Positions 40,855 to 55,656 of a stretch of 64,000 nt of DNA are shown here, in pieces (position 1 is the first letter of the stretch; every line of letters begins with the position of its first letter). The notes beneath the pieces were generated by a model, which saw nothing but the letters and a program-made list of their open reading frames with translations, was not told where the DNA came from and searched no databases. The stretch is from Chrysomallon squamiferum (taxonomy: Eukaryota > Animalia > Mollusca), in assembly GCA_012295275.1 (NCBI GenBank), contig CM022668.1:7378001-7442000 (forward strand), written 5' to 3'. The position numbers and the translations under genes are program-made.

Positions 40855-42184
40855 GTTCATTGTTGTGCTGTTGATTCATTATGTTTTTATATGGTTCTAT
40901 TACTGTATATTAACCTAGATACTCAATAACTGATACACATAAATTCATATACAGTTACTTTTATATACTTACATATACAGACACACAAACACACACACAT
41001 ACACACACACACACACACACACAGACACAACTCACTTTCCATCTTCCTTTCTCCTTTGTCCTCTTTTCTCTTTCTCTTTTTCTTTCTTATTCTCTCTGTG
41101 TGTCTGTTACTCTCTCTCTCTCTCTCAAATACTCTTTAACATTCTTTTGCTGTATTTCCTTTTTTTCACTGACACACATACAAATACATTGCACATAAAA
41201 ATCATAATAAATTTTTGCTTCAAGCTATTCTCCTAATTTCACTAATGTAAAAATATGTCGAGTTTTATTTTTAACTTCCATAAAACAGAATTTTTTTGAT
41301 AAATGATGACTTACATATGCAAATGCAAATATGTACATACACAAAGAGAGACACATACCCACCCACGCACTATCCCTCCCTCCCTACCTCCATCCATCAA
41401 TCCATTCATCCATCCATCCATCCAAGCATAAATGCATTCATCCATGCATGCATTCCAAGGTAATGTTTCATAATCATTTGATATTACTTGAAATGTGTTT
41501 CTTTATTTCTGTCACTTATCTGGAATAATTTATGTGTGGCTCTGTTCAGCATAGTATGTTTTAATTTACATTTTAAATGTAGATGTGTAATATTATACAG
41601 TATTACACAGCACATTAACATAGGTTTACATATTCTGTTTGATATACACTAGCTAGTGTTCTGTATATATATACAACATAATATAATATAATATATATAT
41701 ATATGATTCATTGTATTATTTGGTGATTAATGCTTTGCATTTAATACTGATATTAAAATTTTGCATGTACATAATCATACCATATTCATATATTCACATG
41801 CACATTCACATGCACATTCACACACACACACACACAAACACACACGTAAACACACACAAGCCCTAATATAGAACAGACACACAATTATGCATTCACAAAC
41901 ACATACAAAATCATACATACTAACGCACATAGATACACAAACATAATTTCAAATTAAAAGTTCTCCATATAATAATATTATTTTAAATGTTATATTGAAT
42001 GTTTGCATGTTTAATATATTTCTATTTCACAGTATGATGATTAATTTCTAGTGAAATACAAATGTTATATACAATCAATATTACATACGTACTGGCTGAC
42101 AGTGTTTCTTACTGCAAGTCATAAAAATATCAATAAATTCTTATTGTAGCTGACTCACACAGTTAATACATTAGTCAGACAACT

Positions 42185-42926
42185 TCATTTTTACCAGTTC
42201 CGACCACTAAATAAAAAACAACTACTTCAGCTTTTATTGACTAAAAGTTAATAATATTAACTAAAATTAGTTTCATCAAAAATATTTGTTTTATTTGCTT
42301 TTTTTTTTCCAGTTCCAGCTTAGAAGGTCATAAATATTTCATTTTAAGCTCAAAGTCAGAAATCTTTTAATTAGTTTGATTTTTTTTTTTTTCTAACCTG
42401 AAAGTATTTTAAGTATTTGATGTAACAGATTTAATAAAACAAATCAGAATGGTCAGGAATATATTTCTATTTTATTATGTATTTCACGTTTTTACCAGTT
42501 CCAACCAGCAAATGTATTTTAGCTATATGATATTGTGAATACTTAGATTTAAATAATATCAATTCAGAAGCTTTTTTTAATACTTAAAATGTTTTTGCTG
42601 TTCTAACCATCAAATAAAATACTTCATATTTTTGTTTTAGTTTAATATTATTAATTAACATAAACAATGAAAATATTTCAATTTAAATATTTACTTAACT
42701 TTTTCTTACCTCTTCCAATTAGTAAGTAAATTGATTTAATAATACTAATTAATATTAAATTCAGAATAATCTTTCAATCTTTATTCATTTTTATTCCATT
42801 CCAAACACACATTATTCATATTCAGTTGACTTTTAATTTAAGTGATACATTTATTAGGAAGATCTTAAAATATTATTATATAATTCCAACCAATAAATTG
42901 TAAATTAGTCATTATAATTAATAATA

Positions 42927-42975
<49 letters not shown>

Positions 42976-43305
42976 TATTAATAAAGTATATCTTAAATAT
43001 TATCACAAACATTTTTTCCCCAGCCATCCAAATTATTAATTATTAAAAAAAAAATCAATTTTGTTGATAGAATTTTAATAATTTAGAGAATTTTTCCCAT
43101 TCCACCCATGATTAATGAATAATAAATATAATATTTAGTTGACTCATGAATTTAGAATTTAATTTTTTTCCCAATCCAAATAAGATTAATGAAATCATAA
43201 ATTTGTCAAATTTTTTTGACTGATAATTGATAAGATTGATACATTAATGAAAAATGTTTTTTATAATTCTTTTAATTTTTATTCCATTCCAACCAGTAAA
43301 TAATG
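42185..43305. repeat. Highly decayed ~100-bp-period array with conserved TTCCAACCA-like box
   Basis: Boxes at ~42195, 42308, 42497, 42600, 42712, 42796, 42885, 43020, 43097, 43170 and 43285. Confidence 0.5.
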
Positions 43306-45139
43306 AATTATAACTTGTCAAAATTTGTTAAATCAGATTTAAATTAAAGTGACAAATTAATCAATTAATGATTGCAAGGAATTTAATTCTGTTTTATTTT
43401 TTATTTGTTTTTTTTCACCCATTTTAAAACTTAATCAGAAATTGTTGTATGGACACAAAAAAATGTTAATAATTGATTGCCAGTAAATTTAATATTGTAA
43501 ATAATATTGCTAAAACTTAATTCAGCAAAAGTGTAAATATAAACAAATATTAATTTTCCTCTGTACATTTCTGTTTTTTGTCAAAACATCTAAAGTAACA
43601 TTCAGTGGGTTTTGAACAATTAGAGGATCCATTGCTTGTTATTATTATTATTATTAAAATTTAAATAGAAAATAAATAAATACATGAAAATGAATAAAAC
43701 TGAAGATAGATAAATAAATAAATGAACAAATACCAAATAAATGAAACAAATGAAAATATTTAAAAAAAAAAAAATAAAAATAAATAAATAAAAAAATAAT
43801 AAATTTATGAAAATAAATAAATTGAAGATAAATAAATAACTAAATAAATTAATTAACTAAAAAAACAAAAACAGAAAAAAAAAAAAAATAAATAAATAAA
43901 AAAAATTAAAAATGTAATTAAAAGTGAAACTTGTTTAGATAACACAACTGATAACTCCTACCACTCAACATCTGACATCTATCACTGACAGACAGACAGA
44001 CAGACAGACAGACACACTGATGACTCATAACACACTTGTTGATTGTATGACACGCGTAGGGGTCACATATCTTATTTATTCAACCGATGCACCGACAAAC
44101 CTAAATGAAGCAAAGTCCATGAATCACACATATTTAGCAAGAATGGGGAATATTTTCACATTACAATGAACAGAATAATAATGCTTCAAGGAGTGAGAAA
44201 AGAAGTATGGACTGAGACCAATGATGAATTGAAATTATTTCATTTTTCTCTTCTGTGTGACGATGACTGCTTTTTGAACTGGGTTTATGATGCTATTAAG
44301 TGTATTGAATTTTTTGCTGTAGAGAATTTTAAATTACAGTATGTGTGTGTATCTGCATGTATGTTTTGTAAATAGTTGTATGTGTATCTTCATGTATGTT
44401 TTGTGAATAGTTGTATGTGTATCTGTTTTGATGATGTTTTGTAAATGCATGCATGCATCTGAAAATGTGTATGTATGCATGTATGTTTTGTGAATAGTTG
44501 TGTGTGTGTATGTCTATATTTTTATAAATGATTTTTGTGTATATGTGCATTTATAAATGAATATATTTGATAATGATTATATACATATATGTGTTGAATA
44601 TGTACATGTATGTATATAAATGTGTGTGTTTGTGTGTGTGTGTGCATGAAAGATTGTAAGTTTGTGTGTAGTATTTTTATATTATATATAATTCATTTTC
44701 AGACATAATTAAAAATATATAAATTATCTAGATTATTTTTTTAAAATAATAATAAAAAATTATTTAATTAATTAATTAATAAGTAAAAATAAATAAAAAT
44801 ATAGTAAGTAAGTAAGTAAATAAATGAATAAATAAATAAATAAAACTAAAAGGAAGGAAGGAATGAATAAAAAAAAAAAAAACACAAAACCAGAAATATA
44901 AAAAGGTAGAAGTGAAATATTTGTGTTTGTGATGTGTCTGTCTGTCCTGTGTTTGAGAATGTCTGTCTGATGTTTGTTCTAGGTTCTAGCAGCGAGACAG
45001 CATGTTCCTGTAGAGTAATTAACTACATCCAAACATTAGAACATGTCTTGTTCTGCAGTTCGCAAATATTTGGATTGGGAAAAAGTCTTCAAGGACTTGC
45101 TTTCCTATGTATGTGACAAGATAGTTTTTTGGGGGGATC

Positions 45140-45350
45140 ACTGTATATTTGAGTTTTTTAAAAATCTCTGTAGATTTTAGGTTTTTTATTTAATATCTAT
45201 ATATTTGAATATTTGTAGCTTTTTGAGATATGTGAAAAATTGAGGTTTTTTGAGATCTCTGTATGTTTCAATTTTTTGAAATTTCTGTTTTACTGAAGTT
45301 TTTTTTTTAGATCTCTGTATATTTAAGTTTGTTGAGATCTCTGTATATTT
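45140..45350. repeat. Degenerate ~25-28 bp tandem repeat TTTTTGAGATCTCTGTATATTTGAGG
   Basis: About 8 units. Confidence 0.7.
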
Positions 45351-47794
45351 ATTTTGATGTTGAAATGTTTGTAAAACAGGGAAGGGAAGAAAAAGGAGTG
45401 ACAGGGTGGGTGATGTGAGTTTTTATTTATTTTAATGTAAAAATGTTCAGGAAAGAACATAGTGTAGAATGGGTTATCAAAATCTTTAGGAAATTGTTTG
45501 AGTGACCAAAATGTTCAGGGAAGGAAGAGGGTTGGGTTGAAAATTCCCTTCTTTGTTTTTATAAAATGTGTTTTTGTAAATATTTCATATAGTTTTTTTA
45601 ATCAAATAGTTTTTAATAGGTGAAGATATTTTAGTAGTAGTAGTTGCAGTTGTATTTGGTGTTGTAATTATTACAGTAGTAGTAATAGTAGTAGGAATAG
45701 TGGCTGTAGATACTGTAAGTGCTTGTTGTAGCAGTGGTAGTAGTTGTAGTAGTGGTTGTTTTTGTTGTTGTTTGCAATTATTGTAGATTACACTTGTAAT
45801 TATTGTACTGGGTACTAGTAGTACTTGTAATAATTATTGTTGTAGTAACAATAGTGGTAGTAGTTGTAGTTCTAGTAGTAGCAGTAGTAGTTATGTTAGT
45901 TATTGTACTACTTGCTGCTGCAGTAGTAGTAGTAGTTTTTCCATGACATATAAAATAGTACATGTACTGTATGTATGTACTATTTTAAATGTCATCCATA
46001 CATAATAATGAACACTTTAGATGAAAAATTGATTATATCGTTTCTTACATAATCAGTTTTATTGCAATATTCATAGCATAATGATAAGATTTTCACTGTA
46101 GATAAGTATAATGTTGTATTACATTGGTGCTGGTTACATAAACACATAACATGCAACCAGCAAACTGTGATGTCGTCAATTATTTAATTTTATGACTTTT
46201 TAACATTTGAATTACAAGAAGTAAAAATCCATGAGAAAAAAAAAAAAAAAAAAAAAAAAAGCAAAAAAGTGTGTAAGGAATTTAATTTGATATTCATCAA
46301 TTGTTTGATAATCTACATTAACAATAAAGTTATTAATATCAGTATTGTGTTGAATATCAGATTACCATCAACCTTTGAATGACATCCAATAGCAAATTTA
46401 TTGTTTTTATTTTTTTATTTTTTTCTTCACCATACATTAAACCGTACCATAAACTACAAATAAAAAATACAGAGTCTGATATTAAATAAAATATTTCCTT
46501 TCTTTCTTCAGATTTCTAGTAAAATAACGTTTTAGAAAATAAATAAATTAGATAAATAAAAATAAAAATAAACTTAACAACAGCTGTTTCTTCTGCTGTT
46601 CTTTGATGGCAAAGAAATTCATTGATCAGACATTTTGTCATTATTCCTACTCCAGCTGTAAAAGTCTATACATTTAGAAACAAACATTATTTATATGTTT
46701 ATTTTCTGGTGTTGTTTTCTTTATTTCTTTTTTTCCAGTTTGTGAAATACCTTTACTCTGGTGGAAAAGAATCGATTATTTTATGCATTTAGTGTTAAGT
46801 ACAATTCTCCAAGTTTAAGCAAACCTCTGTTTAACTGCTTATTTATTTATTTATTTATTTATTTGTTTATTTATTTATTGCAGTTTACAGTATTTATTAT
46901 GTAACCTTGGCTACATATACTGTAAGTTCTGTCAGAGTGATCACAACAGCAAAAACAACTACTACTGTTACTACAGTTACTGCTACTACTGGTATTCTAC
47001 AACTATTGTTACTTCAACAACTATTACTACATTACTACTAGTACAACCACAACAGCAATGATGACCACTACTACTACAACAAGAACTGTAATGTCTACTA
47101 CAGTCATAATTTAGCAATAATATTTTCCTCTGAGAATAATGCATACATAACTTACAAATATCCTTATTTATAGTTTTGTTTCTTTCTATCTTATTATTTT
47201 CATCATCATAATTACTACGATTATTAAAATTATTTTTATATTATCATTTTCATTGTCATTATTATAATCATCATCATTATGATTAGTATTACTACTATTA
47301 TTATTATTATTGTTAAAAATAAATAAATTAACAAGCCACAATTACAAAATATTTTCTTCTAAATATCAAAAAATGAAGAAAAAAAAAATTTCCCTTTTCA
47401 TAGGTTTATTTATTTATTTTTACTTTCTGTCAAAATAACAATAACATGACCATTATAACTATTATTAATTTTTACCCAGGAATAGCTAAATTAATAGCAT
47501 TACCCAGTATTCAGTGGTGTAATACCAGTTTCATATTACACACTAAGCTACCCATATATTCTAAATAGCTAACATTATGTACTAGTTTACAATATGACAG
47601 TGTTTGCATAGCCTGGTCATTATATGGTCAGTGAGATCTTGACCTGTCCACCATAAACTTGTTTATGTAGTTTCATGTGAAGTACCACTTGGTCGATTTT
47701 ATGTTGGAAATTTCAATGAGTTTTTCTTAAGGTATTTTAGTGTATAGATGTGTATGTTATAAAAATGATAATATGTGTGTGTGTGTGTGTGTAT

Positions 47795-47927
47795 GATGTG
47801 AATATATAGTACTAATATATGTTATAAACAATATTATATTTGTGATACTATATTTGGAGTTTTGCTCAAATTATATATAAATTTTATATGCATTTTATAT
47901 AATTTATTGTTTAGATAACTTTTCATA

Positions 47928-47959
<32 letters not shown>

Positions 47960-48320
47960 GTGAATATAGAATATTAATATATGCTATAAAAATATTATAT
48001 AAATGACTAGTTTATTTGGAATTTGGTCAAAGTATATTTAAATTTTATATGCATTTTATATAATTTATTGTTTACAAAACTTCATATCTGTTTATGTGTG
48101 ACACATTTCTTTTTTATTATCAAATAATAACAATAATAGTTTAAATATTAATTATAATTGTAATAACTGTAATATTTTACGGGTAGTGAATATTAAGTGT
48201 TAATATATGTTATAAAATATATGCGACTAGTCTCTTTGAAATTCTGCTTGAAGTATTTATAACTTTTATATATTGTGCAATTTATTTATTATGTGGAAAA
48301 CCTTCCATGTGTCTGTGTGT
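47795..48320. repeat. Three diverged ~160-225 bp tandem units, the first two preceded by (TG)n
   Basis: GTGAATAT...TAATATATG.TATAAA at ~47798, 47960 and 48186. Confidence 0.7.
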
Positions 48321-48417
48321 GTATTTTGTATTTGGCTTCTTTTTTATTATCAACCATTATATGAAAATATCCAACTAGTAATAATAATAATAATAACAAT
48401 AATAATAATAATAACAA

Positions 48418-48465
<48 letters not shown>

Positions 48466-48581
48466 GTAGTAGTAACTTCAACAACAAAATTTAAATTAAT
48501 TATTTAATGCATATTACAAAATAGTAATCTAAAAAAGGCTCTAAGAATATAAACAATGTGAACACATACATAGAGCCACAT

Positions 48582-48637
<56 letters not shown>

Positions 48638-49377
48638 TCACATTCACATGCACACATTCTCATACACATACAGACATACACTCACATACACACATACACA
48701 CACACACAAACACGTACACATTCCTGTCATTCACATGTTTATTCATAAGAAAATCAACAAACTAAGATCAGGTATTTTTACAGGTAAATTTATACACACA
48801 TTTCTGCTGTGTCATCCATATACTAAATACTGGGCTCTTTATTTTAATATAATTTTCTATCAGATAACCAATATCATTATAATATTTTATAATAGAAGCT
48901 AGCTAAGATATGAGACAGATGATATGGTTTTATGAACACTTTATATATATTCAGGAATTCTTGTCATCCAAATCCCCACACTGATATACCTGTGCTTTTT
49001 AAAAATCGGTGATGTAGAAACTCGTTATCTTACCTGAACCTATGTTTACCTGTGTGTACCTGTAGAAATGAAATAAAAATTTGTTTGACCGAAATCTGAC
49101 CTGTGTGCAATAAATGTTAAGTCCATCTTTAAAGTGAAGTTTAACATGTTGAGTAATTTGATACTCACCTGTTTTAAGGGTTGGTTGGGTGGGTTGTTTC
49201 AGGTGGATGGGGCTAGTGGCTGGGTGGCATGGGTTTGGTTTTGGGGGGTTTATTACTCTGAATTGAGATGTCTTACTTCGTTTTGTGGATGTTAGGTTTA
49301 AGGAAAGGTCTATGATCATATACTGGATTTAATTAGAAAGAAAAATGTGTTAAACAGAATTTAAGAAACTAACTAAG

Positions 49378-49462
<85 letters not shown>

Positions 49463-50020
49463 GTGTAAGTTTGTGTATCTGTATATATATATATGTGTGT
49501 GTTTGCGTATGCTTGTATTTATATGTATGTGTGTATTTAATATGTATGTAATATGTGTGTGACTGTGTTTGTATGTATATATGTGATTCAGAAAACATTA
49601 AATGATTAATGAGTTTGTGTTGTGTGTGTCTGTATGTATGTATATGCATGTGTGTGTTTGTATATATGTATCTGTATATGCTTGTGTATGTATGTATGTA
49701 TGTATGTATGTATATGAGTATATATAGGTGTATCTATTTAATGTATATGTGTCTAGATGTTTGTGTGTGTATGCGCATCTTTGTATCTGTGTATGTGATA
49801 CAGAAAACAAGATCATCATTAATTTGACATCAGCTACGAGGATGTAGTGGTAGAGAAAACATCATCATTAACAAGTTTTTGTGTGTGTTATGTTTGACAT
49901 TAAATCTAGATTAATGGGACATTCTTTGCGATGTCCAAACAGGGTCTAGGAGATGTTCTCCAGAGATCTGAGAAAAATGTCCTTTCATGTCCCTGTTGTC
50001 AACATTCTGTGAGAATCCTG

Positions 50021-50028
50021 TGACGTCA
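50021..50028. promoter_or_regulatory. Perfect CRE palindrome TGACGTCA
   Basis: Seen directly; retains a CpG in a CpG-depleted region. Function unknown. Confidence 0.25.
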
Positions 50029-50088
50029 ACATTGCTGCTGATATTGTTGGTATGTGTGTTAGATCAGGAAATGGGTCAATGTATGTAT

Positions 50089-50127
<39 letters not shown>

Positions 50128-51018
50128 TTTTATTTATTTATTTATTTTATTTATTTTTTTTATTTTTTTTTTATATTTGTTTAATATTTTAATTTAATTT
50201 TTTTTTTTTCATATTTATTTCTATTAGATATTCATTTTAATTTTTTTTTTTTTTTCTGTTTATTTAACTTCATTTCTATTTACTTAATTTACTTTAATTT
50301 TATTTAATTTTATTATTATTATTTTATTTTATTTTTATTTAATATTGTTTTTCTGTCTGTATGATTATAAAATGTATTTGTGTGTTTGTGTGCATGTGTC
50401 TTTGGGTAGATATGTATGTGTTAATATGTGCGCATAGATCTGTATGTGTATCTGTGTGTGTATTTGTGTAGATGTGCATGTGTGTTAGAGAGAGATAAAG
50501 AACAAACTCATGAGTTAAAATAATTTTTTCTAATTTTAAAAAATAAATCTTACATTGAAATGTCTTTGAAAAATATTTCACTGAAAGGTAAACTGTAAAA
50601 AAAAAAAAAAAAAAAAAAAAAAGAATAAACTTATTTACCCTTAGGTTGATTTCAGTTTTCTTTTTCTCATTAACAAAATTAATGAAGCTTATCAAAGTAC
50701 AAACTCCAGGTTTAAACTACAGGTGAGACATTTCAGGTGTAAATTCCTAATTATGTAATTTTAATGTGTTGGTTGCACTCCGAGAAAACAAACACTTGGA
50801 ATGTTTGCTCTAAACCTTTCATCCATTTCTTTAACCAAAAACACTTTTCAACAAGTCTTATAAATATTTAAAATATACTCCAGGATTTCTACACACCTGT
50901 AATTTGTAAAATTCAGGTGAATTTCTGTTTCACCTGTGGGCTAAAACCTGTCAAAACAAGTGAGATGACATTGAAACTGTGACCAGGGGAAATCTGTCTG
51001 ACATTTTTCTTTTTATAT

Positions 51019-51083
51019 TTCTTCTTCTTCTTCTTCTTCTTCTTCTTCTTCTTCTTCTTCTTCTTCTTCTTCTTCTTCTTCTT

Positions 51084-51111
<28 letters not shown>
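51019..51111. repeat. Pure (TTC)31 / (GAA)31 microsatellite
   Basis: Seen directly. Confidence 0.9.
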
Positions 51112-51114
<3 letters not shown>

Positions 51115-51543
51115 TTATTATTATTATTATTTTTCATTATCATCACCATTTTTTCTTTATTATTATTATTATCATCATGACTATTTTCATCACAAATCAG
51201 GTGCATACAAAAAAATCAAACATTTGATAGCTACTAACTTATACATGGGAGTCATTAACCTCAAATCATTATGCTAATGTTTATTTTACTGACAGGCATG
51301 TGTTGTATAAGCTATGCATTTAACTGAGTTAATATTACATAAATGATTAAGTACACAGATTAATTTATACCTATATTGCATATGTGAATAGATTAATATA
51401 ATGTCTAAAGGTTACTTCACAGTGGACAATATGTCTGACCTGTTCCAGTTACATAGTCTGTACAGTTGGTATATGAAAAATTGATAAATATTATCTCATT
51501 TTGAAATGCTTTTGTGCATGTACATAGACATGCACAAACAACA

Positions 51544-51679
<136 letters not shown>

Positions 51680-51854
51680 TCACACACATTTATAATTAGT
51701 TAAAGATTTTTTGCAGAGGTCAGTTTGTAATAAACAGTATGATCTAATATGCATGTTACCTAACAGTCTGTTTTCAGTGGACTATTTAAAATGAAATAAA
51801 ATATTATTTTAAAGTCTGGCTTTAGTAGCTAATTCTTTCTTCATTAAAATTTGT

Positions 51855-52010
51855 ATAATGCCTAAAGCTTTGTTCATACCTGACATTTTATATCAATATT
51901 TTAAAATCTCCATAATGTCTAAAGCTTTTTTCATACACGACAATTTACTCCAATATCTCTAAATTTGCATAATGCCTAAAGGTTTGTTCATACAAGACAG
52001 TTTGTACTAA
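51855..52010. repeat. ~57-bp tandem repeat x3 (ATAATGCCTAAAGCTTTGTTCATAC...)
   Basis: Units at ~51856, 51912 and 51969. Confidence 0.8.
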
Positions 52011-52011
52011 T

Positions 52012-52148
52012 GCCTGAGGCTATTTGATTTTGTTTATGTGTAATTAATTGTTTTGACTTCCTTGTAATATTAGATACAGGTTGCTGTAGGTCAATGGTAT
52101 GCCTGAGGCATATGTGGAGGTCAAAGGTCAATCTGCCTCTGTTGACCT
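52012..52148. promoter_or_regulatory. Candidate enhancer: perfect DR1 plus extra half-sites and two AP-2-type palindromes
   Basis: AGGTCA-A-AGGTCA 52118-52130, AGGTCA 52088, TGACCT 52143, GCCTGAGGC at 52012 and 52101. Confidence 0.4.
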
Positions 52149-52184
52149 GCTGGCTTATTTTCCAATAGTGTTTGAAGTCTGAGT

Positions 52185-52472
52185 CTGTATGTGTGTGTCT
52201 GTGTGTCTGTCTGTCTGTCTGTGTGTTTCTGTCTGTCTGCAAGGGTGTAGATACATGTCCATGGGGTGTGTGTGTCTGTGTGCGTGTGTGTGTGTGTCTG
52301 TGTGTGTGTTTCTGTCTGTGTGTCTGTCTGTCTGTCTGTCTGTGTGTCTGTCTGCAAGGGTGTAGATACGTGTGCATGGGGTGTGTGTGTCTGTGTGTGT
52401 GTCAGTGTGTGTGTCAGTGTGTGTGTCAGTGTGTGTGTTTCTGTCTGTCTGCAAGAGTGTAGATGTGTGTGC
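52185..52472. repeat. Compound (TG)/(TCTG) minisatellite with CTGCAAGGGTGTAGATAC core x3
   Basis: Cores at ~52237, 52352 and 52449. Confidence 0.8.
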
Positions 52473-52825
52473 ACCAGTTTAACTATTTAACAGATAATTG
52501 TTTCTCTTACATTTGATTATTCCTTTATTGTCTTCTTTATATTCTTTCTTCTTTTTATCCTTATTAGTATTATTTTTATCATCATTAGTACTTCCATTAT
52601 TGTTTTTAATATCATCATAATCATCATGTTTATAATGATCATGAACATCATCATCATAACAGTTATTATTATTTTATTATTATCATCATTGTTATTGTTC
52701 TACTGTTTTATTGTTATTGTTAATAATATTACATCTATGTTTTTATCAGCAGTAAATATATTAAATATTACACAATGCTATAAATTATATTTCAAAATAA
52801 TAAAAAGTCTGTAAATATATTTCAG

Positions 52826-52837
52826 CTACAAACTCTG
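52826..52837 (+). CDS. MYRIP: Candidate 12-nt microexon adding A-T-N-S
   Basis: atatttcag|CTACAAACTCTG|gtaagt: canonical acceptor and consensus donor 12 nt apart, phase 1-1. Reads G+CT ACA AAC TCT G+AA without a stop between exons 33199-33321 and 63099-63265. Confidence 0.55.
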
Positions 52838-54178
52838 GTAAGTACAGAGATATAAAACTAATTGAAACCTAACTAACTAGTTCTTAACTGACACTAAAAC
52901 TAGTTAAAATTTAACATTTAACAAATTAGTTTTAATTTAATTTATTATTTTATTATTTGAAACTAGCAAACATATTTAATAATTAACAAATGATTTTTAA
53001 TCTGAAATAGTATAATAGAATATTGAACTAAAACTTTAGTGAAAATTTAACCTTTTAACAAATTAGTTTTATTTAATTATTTAAAACTGGCAAATATTTT
53101 TGGTAATTAATAAATTAATTTTAATCTAATATACTTCTAATTAATAAAAATTATGAATTTACTTAAATATTTATTTGAATTTAAACTTTAATAAAAACTG
53201 CAATGATTTATGTAAAATTTTAATATACAGAAGTTTTAATGTAAGTAAATAATTTAACCATTAACAAATTAATTTTAATTCAGATAAACTTTTAATTTTG
53301 TTAAATATTAAGTCTCTTTGATAACAGGAAAATAATGATTATTAACAACTATATTTTTAATTAAAATAGTTTTTTTTATATTTAAATGTTATTAGAAATT
53401 TCAACAAAATGAAAGAAGAAAAAAATAAACTAATAGTGATAATGATAATAATAAATAAATAAATAAATTTAATTAAATAATGAATTAGTAAATTAATAAA
53501 TAAGTAAATAAATAATCATGCACTATTGCTGAAGCTAAATTTAGATGCAATTCATTACTGTTATCATAGAAATTCAAACTATATAAAAATAGTGTAAATT
53601 AAGAATTTAATTTGAAATTGTGTTTTGGTAAAACAAGTTTGCTTAATGTTATTTTTCAGTTTATTTTCATTTAAAATAAGAAAAATAAAAAATGTTTAAA
53701 AATAAATAAACAATTATCAAAAAAGTTAAATCATTAAACAGTTTTAATTTAATTATATTTTAACATAAACTAAAAGTATATTAAAAAAAAATAACTTATA
53801 ATGTTTTATTCAAAATACATTTATATTATCATGTAGAATATGTTGTATAGGCATATACACATGCTAACAGATATGCACATACATATTTATACCTGCACAC
53901 AAAGCATACCAATACATATAAGTTTTATTTTATATACTATTTTTACTAATTATTCAAATGTTTAGCAAAATTTCCATCATCACATCTTTTCACATAAAAC
54001 TTATAAATTATTTATTTACATAATAATTGTAATTTTATTATTTGATTTTATTTGATTTAATATGAAAACTCCTATTTTAAAAAAATGTTCTTAATAATTA
54101 ATTGTAATAATAGTAAAATTAATAATAATAAATTAATTATACAGTTATTAATGTTATTATTATAACACTATTATTATC

Positions 54179-54225
<47 letters not shown>

Positions 54226-55599
54226 CCTTATTATTATTATTATTATTATCATTATTATTATTATTAATGTTGATGATGTTGTTGTTGTTGTTGTTGTGAC
54301 TATTATTACTATTCATAAGTTGTCCCTTCATCACATTTTTACTCGTCTTCGTCCTAGAAATCACAGCTAAGACTACAAAAAACGAGTCTGTATTCATAAC
54401 CTAAATTTTTTCTTTTATTATTTTTTTTTTGCCATTCAGCGGGAGATAGAAAATTTGGTCAAGGTGAAAAGAAAAAAATGTTTATTGTTATCTCAGAAAT
54501 GCCTTGAAAAATCTAGGTGCAGTTTGAACGCAGCAGCTATGTCATTTAATTTATGCATGTATGTCTTTTTAACTGTGTGGAGCTGAGGGTCCTGGGATCT
54601 ATTCTTCTTAAAGGAAATAATGAGTTGTATCCAAAATTTTGTGAAATTTTAAATTTTAAAATTATTTTTTTAAATATTTTTTTACTTTGTATTAGCTGTT
54701 GTTAATGTTAAATTACTTATATAAATTGTTATGATTAATTTGTTAATTTATGATTATAATAAGTATTATTAATATTCACTTTTTTACTGTTACTTGTAAT
54801 TATTATTATTATTATTATTATTACTATTAGTAGTACTACTACTACAACAATAACTACTACTACCACTAGTAGTACTGCTATTATTATTATTGAGCTTAAT
54901 TAAATTATTTTCATGGAACCTTTTAAAAAGAATATATGGTATGTGCTATCCTGTATATAAAAGATTAGTGACAAAAGTATTTAACAGATTTTCAACAGAT
55001 AGTTGTATCAGAAAATTCTAAGACTCTAAATAAGTAAAAAATTAAAAAGATATAAAATTATTTATGAAACTTAACAGTGTTGTTGAATAAAATAGTCCTT
55101 TCAAATATTCAAATATGCTTAATGCAAAGATTAATTTTTCAGAATAAATAATAATATTCCTTCCTTTAAAAGCCACCATTGTGATTTGATCCTGATGTCC
55201 CCTGTATCATTTGTTTGTGGGGCTTTTTTGGTGGATTTTTTTTTTAACCTTGGTTATTGTTCCACGATAAAAGACATGACTTGAATATAAGCTTTAATTT
55301 GCTCACAGCAAGCTGAATCATGTCAAATATTCTATTCAGTTTATCGGGTGGCCAGTACAAAGACATAAAGATGTTCTGCTTGAATGAACACATATCACCC
55401 ATCACCTGGTCAAATTACAGGTGTATGCCAGGTGTACAACACACACCTGTCCATCCATATGACTAATTAATCATACAGGTAACTTATGAAAACATGTTTT
55501 AATCATCGACCATGCTCAGTATGATTGTCTTCTCCATGTTGAGACAATGAAAAATGATCAGTCACTGTCAAGAGCGAGAGGTCTGGACAAACTGAGTTC

Positions 55600-55656
55600 A
55601 GGTGGGGTTGGGTATAAAAGTGAAAAGGCTGAATGTTCTGGAAGCTGATGTCAGTG
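55600..55656 (+). promoter_or_regulatory. CACCC/GT-box and TATA box upstream of candidate exon E
   Basis: GGTGGGGTTGGG 55601-55612 directly followed by TATAAAAG 55613-55620; TCAGTG at 55651. Confidence 0.35.
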
